This document shows, one piece after another, positions 10,556 through 21,975 of a DNA stretch of 64,000 bases (position 1 is its first letter; every line of letters starts with the position of its first letter). Source of the stretch: Nitrospirota bacterium (GTDB lineage: Bacteria > Nitrospirota > UBA9217); contig CAVTRN010000002.1 in the NCBI GenBank assembly GCA_963737155.1, positions 448,001 to 512,000 on the forward strand. Direction: 5' to 3'. Under the pieces are notes generated by a model, which was given only the letters and a program-made list of their open reading frames with translations, did not search any database and had not been told where the DNA came from. The translations under genes and the position numbers were made by a program.

Positions 10556-11620
10556 TTATCCCAACTTCCCAAATGGGCATACCGGATACCTGCACACGTC
10601 GCATTTCAGGCAGAGTCCGCCATGTCCAAGGGCCGCCACCTCTTTGCGTCCTATCCGATCTCCGGCGAGCACGCGGGGAAGGATGAGATCGAATATCGTG
10701 GTTTTTGCGTACATGCCGCAGGCCGGAATGCCGATGATGGGAACATCTCCGAGATATGCGGTGAGGAACATCGCACCAGGAAGGACCGCCGAACCATAGG
10801 TGATGTCCGCAGCGCCCAGTTCCCGTATAGCTAACCGCGTAACGTCATCAGGGTCCACGGACATGCCGCCCGTGGTAATCAGCAGGTCGGCCCCGGCTTT
10901 CAGCAGTTCCCGCAGCCTGTCCACAATGAACGCTTCATCGTCCGGCGCATAGTAGATGCCGACAAGTTCCCCGCCGACATCCTCCATTTTCTTCGTGATG
11001 ACTGGTGCGAAAGCGTCTTTGATTTTGCCGCTGTATATTTCATTCCCCGTGATCACGACGCCGACCTTCGGCTTTCTGATTTCCCGTACCCGGATGATCT
11101 TTCCAGCCCTTTCACCGATAGTGATCGCCGTGTTCACGACAGTTTTCTTGACTACAAGAGGAATGGCCTTGGTCCCCGCGACTAGCTGGCCTTTTTTAAC
11201 TAGCGTATTTGTGTGGAGCGTTGCGCACATGACCTCGCCCAGCATGTTGAATGCAAGCAGCGCGTCACGATTTATCGTGAGGAGGCCATCTCGCTCGGCA
11301 ACAATACTGATCTTGCCCTCCTTAGGCTCGCCCTTAATCACGACGCCTTCCCCCATGAGCGCAGTGGCGAGCTTAAATGCCGCATCATTCTCGTGCATCT
11401 CTTCTTCGGCGACCTGAAGCACGAAGAGATGCTCCTTGCCGAGTCGCTGGAGATGACAGACATCTTCTTCGCGAATAAGGTGGCCTTTTTTGAAGGCGCA
11501 GCCCTTGAATTCGCCTGGCCTGATCTCGGTTATATCGTGCGCGAGGATAGTGCCGACTGCCCGTGCAACCGGAATAGCTTTCATTGTTGAACCATGGGTT
11601 TCATGCGTATCGTCACACAT
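10556..11620 (-). CDS. Molybdopterin-binding protein (MoeA/MogA-like)
   Basis: GVVITGNE, ITTGGMSVDPDD and YGSAVLPG; C-terminal CLKC..C.YPVCPFG; RBS GGAGG before ATG 11620. Confidence 0.85.
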   Translation of the reverse strand: MCDDTHETHGSTMKAIPVARAVGTILAHDITEIRPGEFKGCAFKKGHLIREEDVCHLQRLGKEHLFVLQVAEEEMHENDAAFKLATALMGEGVVIKGEPKEGKISIVAERDGLLTINRDALLAFNMLGEVMCATLHTNTLVKKGQLVAGTKAIPLVVKKTVVNTAITIGERAGKIIRVREIRKPKVGVVITGNEIYSGKIKDAFAPVITKKMEDVGGELVGIYYAPDDEAFIVDRLRELLKAGADLLITTGGMSVDPDDVTRLAIRELGAADITYGSAVLPGAMFLTAYLGDVPIIGIPACGMYAKTTIFDLILPRVLAGDRIGRKEVAALGHGGLCLKCDVCRYPVCPFGKLG

Positions 11621-11978
11621 GTGAGCCTCCCCTGAATATTGACATAAATCTTTTATCAACAATCTTTTGTATGCCTTTTTCAAGCGCTGCATATTTCTTC
11701 AGGAACTTCCGTGCATCATCTGTCAAAGTAGCACCACCGCCGTTCCTGCCGCCTGTTTGCCGTTCGATAAGCTTCACACCCAACCGCTCTTCCATGGCCC
11801 TGATGTGGCCCCATGCTTTGCGGAAGGATATATCGACTTCCTGCGCAGCACGGTTGATAGAACCGTGGGAATCTATGGCCTCCAGGAGAATGCGTCTGCC
11901 CCGTCCGAATACGGGTTCACCGCTTACTTCGATCCATATTTTCGATCTGATATCGAACCCGTTATGACTTTTCTGCAT
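11613..11978 (-). CDS. ModE-like winged-helix molybdenum regulator (HTH only)
   Basis: FGRGRRILLEAIDSHGSINRAAQEVDISFRKAW..GGRNGGGATLT. Confidence 0.85.
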   Translation of the reverse strand: MQKSHNGFDIRSKIWIEVSGEPVFGRGRRILLEAIDSHGSINRAAQEVDISFRKAWGHIRAMEERLGVKLIERQTGGRNGGGATLTDDARKFLKKYAALEKGIQKIVDKRFMSIFRGGSHV

Positions 11979-12585
11979 AACGCACCGCCGAAAAAGAATC
12001 TTTCACTGCATAGTAGCCGCCCTGTGCGCAGGGAGCACACAGGACCTTTCCATCCTGGTAGACTTCTCTCATGTCCTGAACATGCTCGCCGCAGGAGTCA
12101 CACTGCACTCTTCGCATGGGTCTGCCCGGCATGTCCTCGGGTCGCACTTTGACAGCAACCTCCATCACGTCGAAAAGCTCTATGTCATCCATGACCTTGT
12201 AAGCCTCAAGTTGTCCCGCGTATTTGTTCTCATTGTCGTGGAAGTATTCCTTCGCTTTCTCCCGCGATTCCTCCCTGGCAACAATCCTGATTGCCTTGCC
12301 TGTCTTGAGATTCAGGTATGTCGCTGCCATCTTGCCGTAATCCATGAATTTCATCGTCCTGTGACCGAGACTGCAACCGGTGACCGACTGGACCGCATCG
12401 GTCGCGCACCTGTCCATCTCAACGAATACGATGAGGTTCTTTCTGTGCGTCCCTTTCGGGTCAAAAATCCCGGTCTCCCGGAGTCCAAGCATGGACATGC
12501 GCACTCCGAGTATTTGCCCCGCGCAGAGATGTCCATGCATTTTTATCGATTCCTGGAGAAGGTCTTCAAAATTCAATCGGGCCAT
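11962..12585 (-). CDS. FmdE-family protein with C-terminal zinc finger
   Basis: HGHLCAG and RCATDAVQSVTGC motifs; CDSCGE...CAPC. Confidence 0.88.
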   Translation of the reverse strand: MARLNFEDLLQESIKMHGHLCAGQILGVRMSMLGLRETGIFDPKGTHRKNLIVFVEMDRCATDAVQSVTGCSLGHRTMKFMDYGKMAATYLNLKTGKAIRIVAREESREKAKEYFHDNENKYAGQLEAYKVMDDIELFDVMEVAVKVRPEDMPGRPMRRVQCDSCGEHVQDMREVYQDGKVLCAPCAQGGYYAVKDSFSAVRYAEKS

Positions 12586-12654
12586 AATTTTACTCCCTCA
12601 ACAAACCCGGTATCGCATCCCAAACTATTTTTGTCAGGATAAACGCATCCATCC

Positions 12655-12920
12655 GTTTGTTCTCCACAAGTATGAATATGTGAGATTCGTATTAAGCACA
12701 TTCGGCATGTTGAGGATTGACAGCGATGTCCGAGAGGTTCATTTCACCCTCACCCCTTCTTATAGGAAACCCAAAAGGTTCAACCGCACCTCGTCCTTCT
12801 CATCCCGGAATTCACTTTGAAGTGAGACTTTGGAAAGGAGGTTGCATCCATGCTCTTTACCGCATCAGGCATATGGCAGCTACTACACATGTTCTTCGTC
12901 TGTGCAGTGGCAGCAAGTTC
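12655..12920 (-). pseudogene. napB: NapB-like diheme cytochrome c remnant
   Basis: Minus strand reads LLP/TAQTKNMCSSCHMPDAVKSMDATSFPKSHF (CxxCH at 12873-12887), then a degraded second heme site and LVENK; stops and frameshifts present. Confidence 0.6.
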
Positions 12921-12934
12921 ATTTGACGCCTCTG

Positions 12935-13861
12935 TCAGTGTGGTCTCCCAGGGTGGAAAAACAGGTTGGGACCTCCGCGTGCCTTGCCCTCTTTGTCCAT
13001 CAGCATGTCCAGTGCAAGGGTGGCCAGGTCGTCTGCCGTCACTTCCATCTGCGGGTCTTTTTCCAGGTAAAGCAGTTTCAGATAGAAGTTGCAGTCGTTG
13101 CAGCTTTCCGCCTTGATTGCGCCATTCGAGCCTTCCACGATGTGGTAGTCGATTCCTTGGGTGGATTCGCAGGAACTACATTTGATCCGTACCATATGCC
13201 ACTCCGAGGCGCAGAGGGAGCAGGACAGGTAACGGAGTCCCTGCTCGGCGCCGCCGCTATGCACGATGCCGGCGTTCGGGTACGAACCGCACACAGGGCA
13301 CAACCCGCCCCGTTCCAGTCTGCCGAACGCGTCTTCTTTCAAAGATAACGCCATCCGAACCCAGTAGACCTGCAGGGCCGCAGCGACAAACGGCAGCTCT
13401 TGGGGAGAAACAGCGGCCAGGTTTCCCGCCAGGATTCTGTCCGCCCTCTCCTCCAGCCCGGTTTCACTCGTCTGCATCAGGACTGATGCGGCATCGCGTG
13501 CAGCCGAAGGAAGATAGTCCTTGCTCATCTGCTGGAGAATCATGGTGAGCCCCCTGCGCCATTCCGGGTTCCGCGGCCGGGACCGGGCGTCGAGGAGTGG
13601 CATACCCTGCTCACGGCATCGCTTTTGTTTATCGGGGCCAGGCAGAGACAGCGCGGGGAATTGATTCAAAGCCTCCTGCTGTCCATCAGCGAGGAGCGCT
13701 AGGAAGGCAAGATAATCGCCCAAAGGATGTCCTTTGGACAGGAATCGAAGTCGTTTTGCTCGTCGTGCGAACACATCTTTTGCAGGGAGAAAGAGAAGTC
13801 GGATCTCTCCCAGGTGTGTTTCCAGCTTGCCTGGCTCAAGGATTCGGTTCTCCGTGTTCAT
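12935..13861 (-). CDS. fdhE: Formate dehydrogenase accessory protein
   Basis: CPVCG, CSLC, CSSC and CNDC pairs; ADDLATLALD; follows the gamma subunit. Confidence 0.93.
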   Translation of the reverse strand: MNTENRILEPGKLETHLGEIRLLFLPAKDVFARRAKRLRFLSKGHPLGDYLAFLALLADGQQEALNQFPALSLPGPDKQKRCREQGMPLLDARSRPRNPEWRRGLTMILQQMSKDYLPSAARDAASVLMQTSETGLEERADRILAGNLAAVSPQELPFVAAALQVYWVRMALSLKEDAFGRLERGGLCPVCGSYPNAGIVHSGGAEQGLRYLSCSLCASEWHMVRIKCSSCESTQGIDYHIVEGSNGAIKAESCNDCNFYLKLLYLEKDPQMEVTADDLATLALDMLMDKEGKARGGPNLFFHPGRPH

Positions 13862-14490
13862 TTGCCTCCTTTGTTCATCTCCCGGTACCATGCCGGGTGA
13901 TGCTGTTTGGCCCAGGCGCGCCTGACCCGGCCGTACAGCATGGCACCGATGCTCTCCTTCATCCAGATGGCGGCATAGATGTGGAAGAGGATCAGGCCGA
14001 TCATGAAGGCGGCCGACGCGGCGTGAATCACGGACGCGAAGCGAATCAACCCTACCGGGAAGAGGAATGAAAAATAGGCGCGCCAGATCACAATGCCGGA
14101 CAGGATGAGGAGCGCCATGAAGATCGCCATAAGCCAGAACAGGAGCTTTTGGCCGCCGTTGAACTTGCCTGTCTCCGGCATGTTCCGGTCATCGCCGTCG
14201 ACCAATTGGCGGACACGGCTTAGCCATTCCCAGTCCGTCGGGAGCATGACGTTAATCTGCCGGTAATGGAAGAACTCGACGCCGAAAGAAATAGTCATTG
14301 CCACCCCGAAGAAGGGATGAAGGATGCGGGTCCAGACGCCGCCGGCGAACAGCAGGGTCAGCGGGTAGTAGAGGGGCTGAAAGAAACTAAGCCCGGATAG
14401 CGCTGCCAGGAAAAAGAGCATTGCCGTCAGCCAGTGGTTGGCTCGCTCAGACGGTGTATACCTCATTAGTTTTTTTGGATCATTTTTCAT
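13858..14490 (-). CDS. fdnI: Formate dehydrogenase gamma subunit (cytochrome b556)
   Basis: RANHW, RILHP, KFNGGQK and WAKQHHPAW; four TM helices. Confidence 0.93.
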   Translation of the reverse strand: MKNDPKKLMRYTPSERANHWLTAMLFFLAALSGLSFFQPLYYPLTLLFAGGVWTRILHPFFGVAMTISFGVEFFHYRQINVMLPTDWEWLSRVRQLVDGDDRNMPETGKFNGGQKLLFWLMAIFMALLILSGIVIWRAYFSFLFPVGLIRFASVIHAASAAFMIGLILFHIYAAIWMKESIGAMLYGRVRRAWAKQHHPAWYREMNKGGK

Positions 14491-15361
14491 CTTTGAACTC
14501 CTTCTCGTTCTCTTCCGAGACTTCGTTGGGGCCCTTGGTTACATAATGGAATGCGGCACCGAGGATGCCAAGGCCAAGAGCCAGCGAAGCCAGCGGCTTG
14601 GTGCCATCTTTCCACAGAGAGACCATTGCGCTGATAGAGGGGTCCTTGGGGAGACCACGGTACAGCTCAGGCTTGTCGGCATGCTGAAGCACATACATCA
14701 CATGGGTGCCGCCGACCCCTTGAGGATTGTAGATTCCCGCCTTATCATAGCCGCGGCTTTTCAGGTCGGCGACTCGTCCCTCCGCGTGGTGGATCATATC
14801 ATCCTTTGTGCCAAATACGATGGCTCCGGTGGGACAGGTCTTGACGCAGGCCGGTTCCAGGCCCACCGCTACCCGGTCGGAGCAGAGAGTGCATTTGTAG
14901 ACCTTGCAGTCCTTTTTCGACAGACGGGGAATGTTGAATGGGCAGCCGGTGATGCAGTAGCCGCAGCCGATGCAGTTCTCCTCGTGGAAATCCACGATGC
15001 CGTTGCTGTACTGCACGATGGCTCCTGGCGCGGGGCAGGCCTTGAGGCAGCCCGGCTTGGCACAGTGCATGCACCCGTCCTTGCGAATCAACCATTCCAG
15101 ACCCCGGTCGGTTTCCACTTCTGCAAAGCGCATCACAGTCCAGGAATTTGCGGTCAGGTCCATCGGGTTGTCGAGAACGCCATGGTCGGTACCGATGACG
15201 TCGCGGGTGTCGTTCCACTCCATGCACGCCGCTTGGCAGGCCTTGCAGCCGATGCATTTCGAGACATCGATCAGTTTCACTACCTCCTGGGTTTGGCGCT
15301 GGCTTGGCGAAGGGGTGGTGGTGGCGGAACGGCGGATGATATCGAGTGATTGGAGTGCCAT
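14480..15361 (-). CDS. fdnH: Formate dehydrogenase beta (Fe-S) subunit
   Basis: Four ferredoxin Cys clusters ([11 protein letters not shown] and others); C-terminal TM helix. Confidence 0.95.
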   Translation of the reverse strand: MALQSLDIIRRSATTTPSPSQRQTQEVVKLIDVSKCIGCKACQAACMEWNDTRDVIGTDHGVLDNPMDLTANSWTVMRFAEVETDRGLEWLIRKDGCMHCAKPGCLKACPAPGAIVQYSNGIVDFHEENCIGCGYCITGCPFNIPRLSKKDCKVYKCTLCSDRVAVGLEPACVKTCPTGAIVFGTKDDMIHHAEGRVADLKSRGYDKAGIYNPQGVGGTHVMYVLQHADKPELYRGLPKDPSISAMVSLWKDGTKPLASLALGLGILGAAFHYVTKGPNEVSEENEKEFKDEK

Positions 15362-15369
15362 AATACCTC

Positions 15370-18300
15370 CTATGCCTTCTCAATGTTGACGAGGAACGAC
15401 TTGAACTCCGGTGTCTGGGTGTTCGCATCGCCCACGTAGGGTGTCAGGATGTTTGCCAAGTAACCGTTTTTGGCAATGCCCTTGAACCCCCAGTGGATCG
15501 GGATGCCCACATGATGGACTGTCTTGCCATTGACCTGGAGCGGCCTGATGCGCTTGGTCACCACCGCTACCGCCTTGATGAAGCCCCGGTTGGACCACAC
15601 CTTGACCCAGTCGCCGACCTTGATGCCCTTCTCCTTGGCCAGCTCCTCGCTTATTTCCACGAACTGCTCCGGCTGAAGGATGGACGATATGCGGGTATGC
15701 TTGGTCCAGAAGTGGAAGTGCTCGGTGATGCGGTAGGTGGTCCCGGCATAGGGGTAGTCCTTGCTCTTACCGAAAGCCTCCCTGTCGTCCTTGAACACCC
15801 GCGCCGCCGGGTTGTTGATCACCTTCGGGTGCAATGGATTGGTATCGATTGGGGTCTCGAAAGGCTCGTAGTGCTCGGGAAAGGGCCCTTCCGCCATCTT
15901 GTCCAAGGCGAACAGCCGCCCAACTCCTTCTGGCAGCATGATGAAGGGGCTCATGCCTTCGCTAGGGGCGGAATCCGGTTTGAAGTCGGGCACGTCGGCG
16001 CCGGTCCACTTGCTGCCATCCCAGTAAACCAGTCTGCGATTCGTGTCCCAGGGTTTCCCGGAGAGGTCGCAGGAGGCGCGGTTGTACAGGACACGCCGGT
16101 TGGCCGGCCACGAGAATGCCCAGTTCAGGGTGGTGCCCAAGCCCGACGGGTCGTAGTTGTCCCTCCGCGCCATCATATTGCCCTTCTCCGTCCATGCCCC
16201 CGAATACAGCCAACATCCGCAGCTGGTGGACCCGTCGTCCTTGAGCTGGGCGAAACTGTCCAGCTGCTGGCCTTTCTTCACTATTACCTTGGTTGGATCT
16301 TTGGGATCGGTAAGATCCGCCAGGGCCTTGCCATTGTACTCCCTCGCCAATTCCTCGGGGGCTGGCGAGTTCGGTATCAAGTGATCCCAAGTAAGGTTCA
16401 GGATCGGGTCAGGGAGGGTGCCTCCATCCTGCCGGTACAATTCACGAAGCTTGAGGAAGATACCAGCGATGATGTCGGCATCGGGTTTGGCTTCTCCCGG
16501 CGGTGAGGCGCCCTTGTAGTGCCATTGCAGCCATCGCCCGCTGTTGGTAAGGGAACCGTTCTCCTCGGCGAAGCACGTGGAGGGGAGACGGATAACTTCG
16601 GTCTGGATCTTGGTGGGGTCCACATCGTTGTATTCGCCATGGTTCTCCCAGAAGCACGAGGTTTCCGTGGCCAGTGGGTCGATTACCACCAGGTATTTGA
16701 GTGTGGACAGTGCGCTGATCAGCTTGGCCTTATTAGGGATTGAACCCAGTGGATTGAAGCCCTGGCAGAAGTAGCCGTTCAGCTTGCCCTGGTGCATCAT
16801 TTCGAACGCCTGGAGCACGTCGTATTCCTTGTCCAGCTTGGGCAGCCAGTCGTAACACCAATTGTTGTCCTTGGTGGCGGCTTTACCGAACCAGGCCTTC
16901 ATCAGGCTAACGTGGAACTTGGCGTAGTTGCTCCAATAGGACAACTGGCCTGGGCGCAGGGGCTTGAGGGCTCGCTTGCTGATGTAGCCTTGGTAATCGG
17001 TCTCCTTGTCGTTGGGCAGGGTGAGGTAGCCAGGCAGGAGGCTGGACAGGAGTCCCAGGTCGGTTAGCCCCTGGATATTGGAGTGGCCCCGCAGGGCATT
17101 CACCCCGCCCCCCGCCATGCCCACATTGCCCAGCAGCAACTGCACCATGGCTGCGGTACGGATCATCTGTGATCCCACCGAGTGCTGGGTCCAGCCTAGG
17201 GCGTACATGAAGGTCAAGGTGCGGTCGGGTACCGAGGTGGTGGCAATGATCTCGCACACTTTGAGGAAGCTATCTTTGGGGGTGCCGCAGATGTTGCTTA
17301 CCACCTCCGGCGTGTAGCGCGAATAGTGCGTCTTTAGCAGTTGTAGCACGCAGCGAGGGTGATTCAGGGTTTCATCCACCTTGGCATAGCCGTCCGGTCC
17401 GATCTCATAGGCCCAGGTAGACCGGTCGTACTTGTGTGCCGCTTCGTCGTAGCCTGAGAACAGGCCATCATCAAAACTGTAGCCTTCCCTGACGATTAAG
17501 GAGGCGTTGGTGTAGGCCTTGACGTATTCGTGCTGGATTTTGTCGTGGCTCAGAAGGTAGTTGATTACCCCGCCCAGGAAGGCGATGTCTGTGCCGGTGC
17601 GGAGCGGGGCATAGAGGTCCGCCACCGCTGCCGAGCGGGTGAAACGGGGGTCTACCACGATGAACGTGGCGCGGTTGTGGGCCTTAGCCTCGGTCACCCA
17701 TTTGAAGCCGCAGGGGTGCGCCTCGGCCGCGTTACCGCCCATGACGATGATGACGTTAGCGTTCTTGATATCCACCCAGTGATTGGTCATTGCACCGCGA
17801 CCGAATGTTGGGGCCAAACTGGCCACCGTGGGTCCGTGTCAGACCCGGGCCTGATTGTCGAACACCAGGATGCCGAGGCTGCGGACGAACTTGTGGGTGA
17901 TGTGACCGGATTCATTGCTGGAGGCAGAGGCTGCCAGAAAGCCGGCGGTCAGCCAGCGGTTGACCGTGGCACCGTCGCTATTCTTGGCGATGAAGTTCTT
18001 GTCCCGGTCGTCCTTTATCAGCTTGGCCACCTTTGTAAACGCCTCGTCCCAGGAAATTCGTTTCCACTCGCTGGAGCCAGGGGCACGGTATTCCGGGTAC
18101 TTGAGCCGATCCGGGCTATGGATGAAGTCTACCAGAGCGGCACCTTTCGGGCATAAGGTACCACGGTTCACCGGATGGTCCGGATCGCCTTCGATGTGGA
18201 AGATGGACAGCTCGGCGTTTTTCGCCTTGTCCCCAAGACTGTGCATGATCAAGCCGCAACTCACCGAGCAATAAGGGCATGTATTACGCGTCTCGGTACT

Positions 18301-18426
18301 GCGGGCCAGCTTGAACTCACGCACCTCCGCCAGCGCATCGACAGGCGAAAAGCCAAGGGCCGCAACACTGGAAGTTCCCAGTCCGCCAGCGCAAACCTTG
18401 AAAAACTGTCTCCGTGTCACGTGCAT
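15370..18426 (-). CDS. fdnG: Formate dehydrogenase-N alpha subunit, selenocysteine-containing
   Basis: Tat signal TRRQFFK and CPYCSVSC; the ORFs 17839-18426 and 15370-17826 are in frame across TGA 17839-17841 ([14 protein letters not shown]). Confidence 0.97.
17805..17838 (-). promoter_or_regulatory. Bacterial SECIS element of fdnG
   Basis: UGA, 11 nt, then GG-U-GGCCA/GUU/UGGCC-CC hairpin with a bulged U, as in enterobacterial fdn SECIS. Confidence 0.88.
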
Positions 18427-19536
18427 TTTTATCCCTCCCTTTATCTCTCGATGCTTTGCGCGGATGGCAATGTAGCGCAGACGTTTGGCACCTGCCTTCC
18501 GGGCTTGATTGATACATTACGGGCATAAGCCCGCACAACTCCTCTGTTCAATCCCAGACCGGCCAACTCCACCGCGATAGCCGCGCCGATATTCCGATTG
18601 AAATGTTAAAAACTGCCATCAGGCATTGTTGTCCAAAATAAACTTTACATGCCTAATTTTGACAATATAAGTTGTTGATTTGTAAAGATAATGAAATGTT
18701 GACTGAAAACAGGTTCCAAATCAACGCTATACGTAGTCCAATCGCCAGAATCCGAAGGCGTCTATGGTTTTCCTAGCAGAAGCTGTGCAGGGCCGCTAAT
18801 AGCTTCTTTTATCATGTTATGGAATATTTCTAGGTTGAAGAAACGCTTGCCATTCATAAAAATGCAGTCCAAGATAAAAACTATTTTGGACAATAGTCGA
18901 CGTCAGGTTACTTTCATGGCATCTTATCTCCAGTCCAAGGGATAAATTATGCTCTTCCAAAAGATTAGCGCGTATTTATGTGGCTGTCAAGACCATCAAT
19001 CGAACAAATTACACTTTGTAAATTGACTTTTACTTTCCTGAATCAAATTGACCTTCTCCCCAAAAAAGGTCAGCCAAAAAATTATAATTCTAGCAAAATT
19101 AATCTGAAGATGAGGATTTTGCCATGAAGAAAACGAGGTGCCGAAGTTTTTTTTGGGAGTGACGGGAAGGACTATAATTTCCCAGAAATCTTCTCGTTTG
19201 TCCTCGTCGTATGGGTGGTTTGGGTGTCAATCGCACTGACGGAGCTAACACGGCGACCGGTGTGCTTGTTATGACAACATTGGAAGTGTTGGCGAATGAA
19301 CGATGGAGGAGGAAAATGTCAGATCCGCAGAGTAGCGCTTTGACCAAAAACGTGATACAGTGGAACAGAGCATCAGGGATGCTGGCGAATCCCAACGTGT
19401 TCGACATAGCGACCTCCGGAAGATATAATTGTACCGTAATCTGAAAAGAACCAGTGTTTCGCAAAATCCAGGCGTAAACTCTGTTGTCCGCAAATGGGAG
19501 GAAGATAGACTACTGGGGGAATGGAGGGTAAGAAGC

Positions 19537-20154
19537 ATGCGGACAAAACAAAAACTGATATTGTCTGTTTTATCTGCTGGAACAACCCTGTTGATCCTTT
19601 TTGGCATCTATTGGGCTTATTCCACCATCATAAAGCCTGTTCCGACCGGGATTGAACAGGCGTTTAATCCTAGCGGGGATTTTACCCTTATGGATGACAG
19701 CGGAAAAGTTTTCCATCTCAGGGATAACCGGGGTAAAGTCGTTCTTTTGTTTTTCGGCTATACCTCTTGTCCGGGTAATTGCCCATGGACAGTTGCCAAA
19801 TTGGCCAGGGCTCGTACTCTCCTCGGCGCGGCCAGTCAAAGGGTAATGACCGTTTTTGTAACGGTCGATCCACAACACGACACCTCTGCCAGGCTGAAAG
19901 AATATTTGACATGTTTCGACATGAACGCCGTGGGTCTGACGGGAACCAAAACGCAAATCGATAAAGTGGTTCACGCTTATAATGCGTATTATGAAAAGAT
20001 ACCCACCAAATCGGCGCTGGGGTATATTATCAACCACACCAATATCGTCTATCTCATCGACAAGCAGGGGAAAGTGCGTTATTTATTCCACCAGGATGAC
20101 GATCCCGAAAAAATGGCCAAGGTTATCAGAGAGACGGCCAGCACTGGCACATGA
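19537..20154 (+). CDS. SCO/SenC copper chaperone
   Basis: N-terminal TM anchor; FFGYTSCPGNCP (CxxxC), TVDPQHD and conserved His in INHT. Confidence 0.9.
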   Translation: MRTKQKLILSVLSAGTTLLILFGIYWAYSTIIKPVPTGIEQAFNPSGDFTLMDDSGKVFHLRDNRGKVVLLFFGYTSCPGNCPWTVAKLARARTLLGAASQRVMTVFVTVDPQHDTSARLKEYLTCFDMNAVGLTGTKTQIDKVVHAYNAYYEKIPTKSALGYIINHTNIVYLIDKQGKVRYLFHQDDDPEKMAKVIRETASTGT

Positions 20155-20667
20155 TGCGCGGGCTGGTGCTAAGCTCGCACCGTGAATATTGTGACGAGGG
20201 CCAACAATGCAGTTTGTAGTCTGCACCATTATTGCTGTAATCTTTAATAGCATCACGCGAAGCATCTGCCAAAAGCATTGAACAGTTGCATCGGCCCTTT
20301 GACGCGAATCCTTCTGAAGATTATCTCCTTGGACATTGTACTTTCTTTATGCAGCACCTGCAGCTAGGTTTTTGCATCTGCGTGCACTCGTATGTCCGGG
20401 AGTCCTGCATGTCCCCCTTTTATGCTGATTGTTTTGTCTTTGATAAAATAATGCACATCAAAAAGGTCCTTAAATGCTCAGGTTAATTGCGCACAGGTTC
20501 TAATATAAATAGTTTAGTTTACCGAAGTGTCAAAAAAAGAGTCATGCTAGTGAATCCTTATACAAAAATCTCGTGCGCTAATGAGGATGATCGGAGGCGT
20601 TCATTCATTAAAGTTCAATCACTATAAACCGATAAGAATACTGATATAACAACTCTTGGGAGGCATT

Positions 20668-21975
20668 ATGTATCAGCGGCTTTCAGTAAATTTAGGCAAT
20701 CTGCTCCTTTCTCTATCAGACTCTCTGGATCTTGTAGATTCGTCGATTGCCCTGCATCAACAGCGTGCCGCGTTCATATCATGGGAGATGGGAAAAGCCG
20801 CCGGTCTGGCCGACGACGCAATCGAACGGCTTTTTGCTGGAGGCCTGCTCCATGATATCGGGGCATTAGCTCCTGAAGAGAAGATAAGTCTTCACCAGTT
20901 CGAATCAAGAGATATCTTGACCCACTGCATAAGAGGAAGCGTCTTATTGGAAACAGTGCCTTGGCTTAAATCTTCTGCAAAGATCGTCAGGTTTCATCAT
21001 CAGGAGTGGAATCGTTGGAATGAACCGATCACCAATCCCGCCGTCCTGGAATCACAGATACTTTTTCTAGCCGATTATCTTGAACGGATCATTCGACGAA
21101 ACGTTTACATTCTTCATCAAAATGAACACCTTTCCCGGAACATAACCGAACTCGCCGGTACTTCTATTCATCCGGATGTTGTCGATTTGTTTCAAAAAAT
21201 ATCGCGCCGCGAGGAATTTTGGCTTGATCTTGTTTCGCCACGGCTCTATTCGCTTCTCCTGAACAATGGGCCGTACCGGCGTGTAGAGATAGACCCTTCG
21301 GCGATAACAGCTGTCGGTGAACTCTTTCGAAATATCATCGACTTTCGGTCTCGGTTTACCTCTACCCATTCATCAGGAGTCTCGGAATGTGCAGGCATAC
21401 TCGCGGAACTCTTCGGTTTCAGCGATACTGAGGCAGATATGATGCGGGTCGCTGGAAATTTTCACGATATCGGCAAATTGGCGGTGCCGAACTCTATCCT
21501 CAATAAGCCGGACAAATTGACCAAGGAAGAGTTTGCCGTCATGCGTCAGCATACCTATTTTACCTATTCAATCCTGAACACGATCGGTGGCCTTCAGCAT
21601 ATCGCCGAGTGGGCGGCATTTCATCATGAGAGACTCGATGGTTCAGGCTATCCCTTCCACCATGAATCAGGCCGGATCGGTACGGGCGCAAGGATCATGG
21701 CAGTGGCGGATATATTTACGGCAATTGCCGAGGACCGGCCCTACCGCAAGGGCATGGGATACGAAGAAATCAAGAATGTCATGAAAAAGGTAGCAGACAT
21801 GAATAACGTCGATAAGAGAATCGTTCGACTTGTGCTTGATAATTATCCCGATATTGTAAAAAAAGTGAAGGAACGCCAAGTGGTAACCAAGGAGTTTTAC
21901 GAACGACAGTTTGCGGTAATCGATACAGTAACGGCAGATACATCGGGATATGCTGGTACGACTGACAACTTATGA
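20668..21975 (+). CDS. Tandem HD / HD-GYP c-di-GMP phosphodiesterase
   Basis: Degenerate first HD domain; second domain has FHDIGK, HHERLDGSGYP and EDRPYR. Confidence 0.9.
   Translation: MYQRLSVNLGNLLLSLSDSLDLVDSSIALHQQRAAFISWEMGKAAGLADDAIERLFAGGLLHDIGALAPEEKISLHQFESRDILTHCIRGSVLLETVPWLKSSAKIVRFHHQEWNRWNEPITNPAVLESQILFLADYLERIIRRNVYILHQNEHLSRNITELAGTSIHPDVVDLFQKISRREEFWLDLVSPRLYSLLLNNGPYRRVEIDPSAITAVGELFRNIIDFRSRFTSTHSSGVSECAGILAELFGFSDTEADMMRVAGNFHDIGKLAVPNSILNKPDKLTKEEFAVMRQHTYFTYSILNTIGGLQHIAEWAAFHHERLDGSGYPFHHESGRIGTGARIMAVADIFTAIAEDRPYRKGMGYEEIKNVMKKVADMNNVDKRIVRLVLDNYPDIVKKVKERQVVTKEFYERQFAVIDTVTADTSGYAGTTDNL

Noticed and set aside
13597-18538. Many long alternative-frame ORFs over the fdn operon
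   Set aside because: Shadow ORFs are expected in GC-rich coding DNA.
19123-19444. Short ORFs upstream of the SCO gene
   Set aside because: They may be a decayed gene, but I cannot assign a family or a reliable start.
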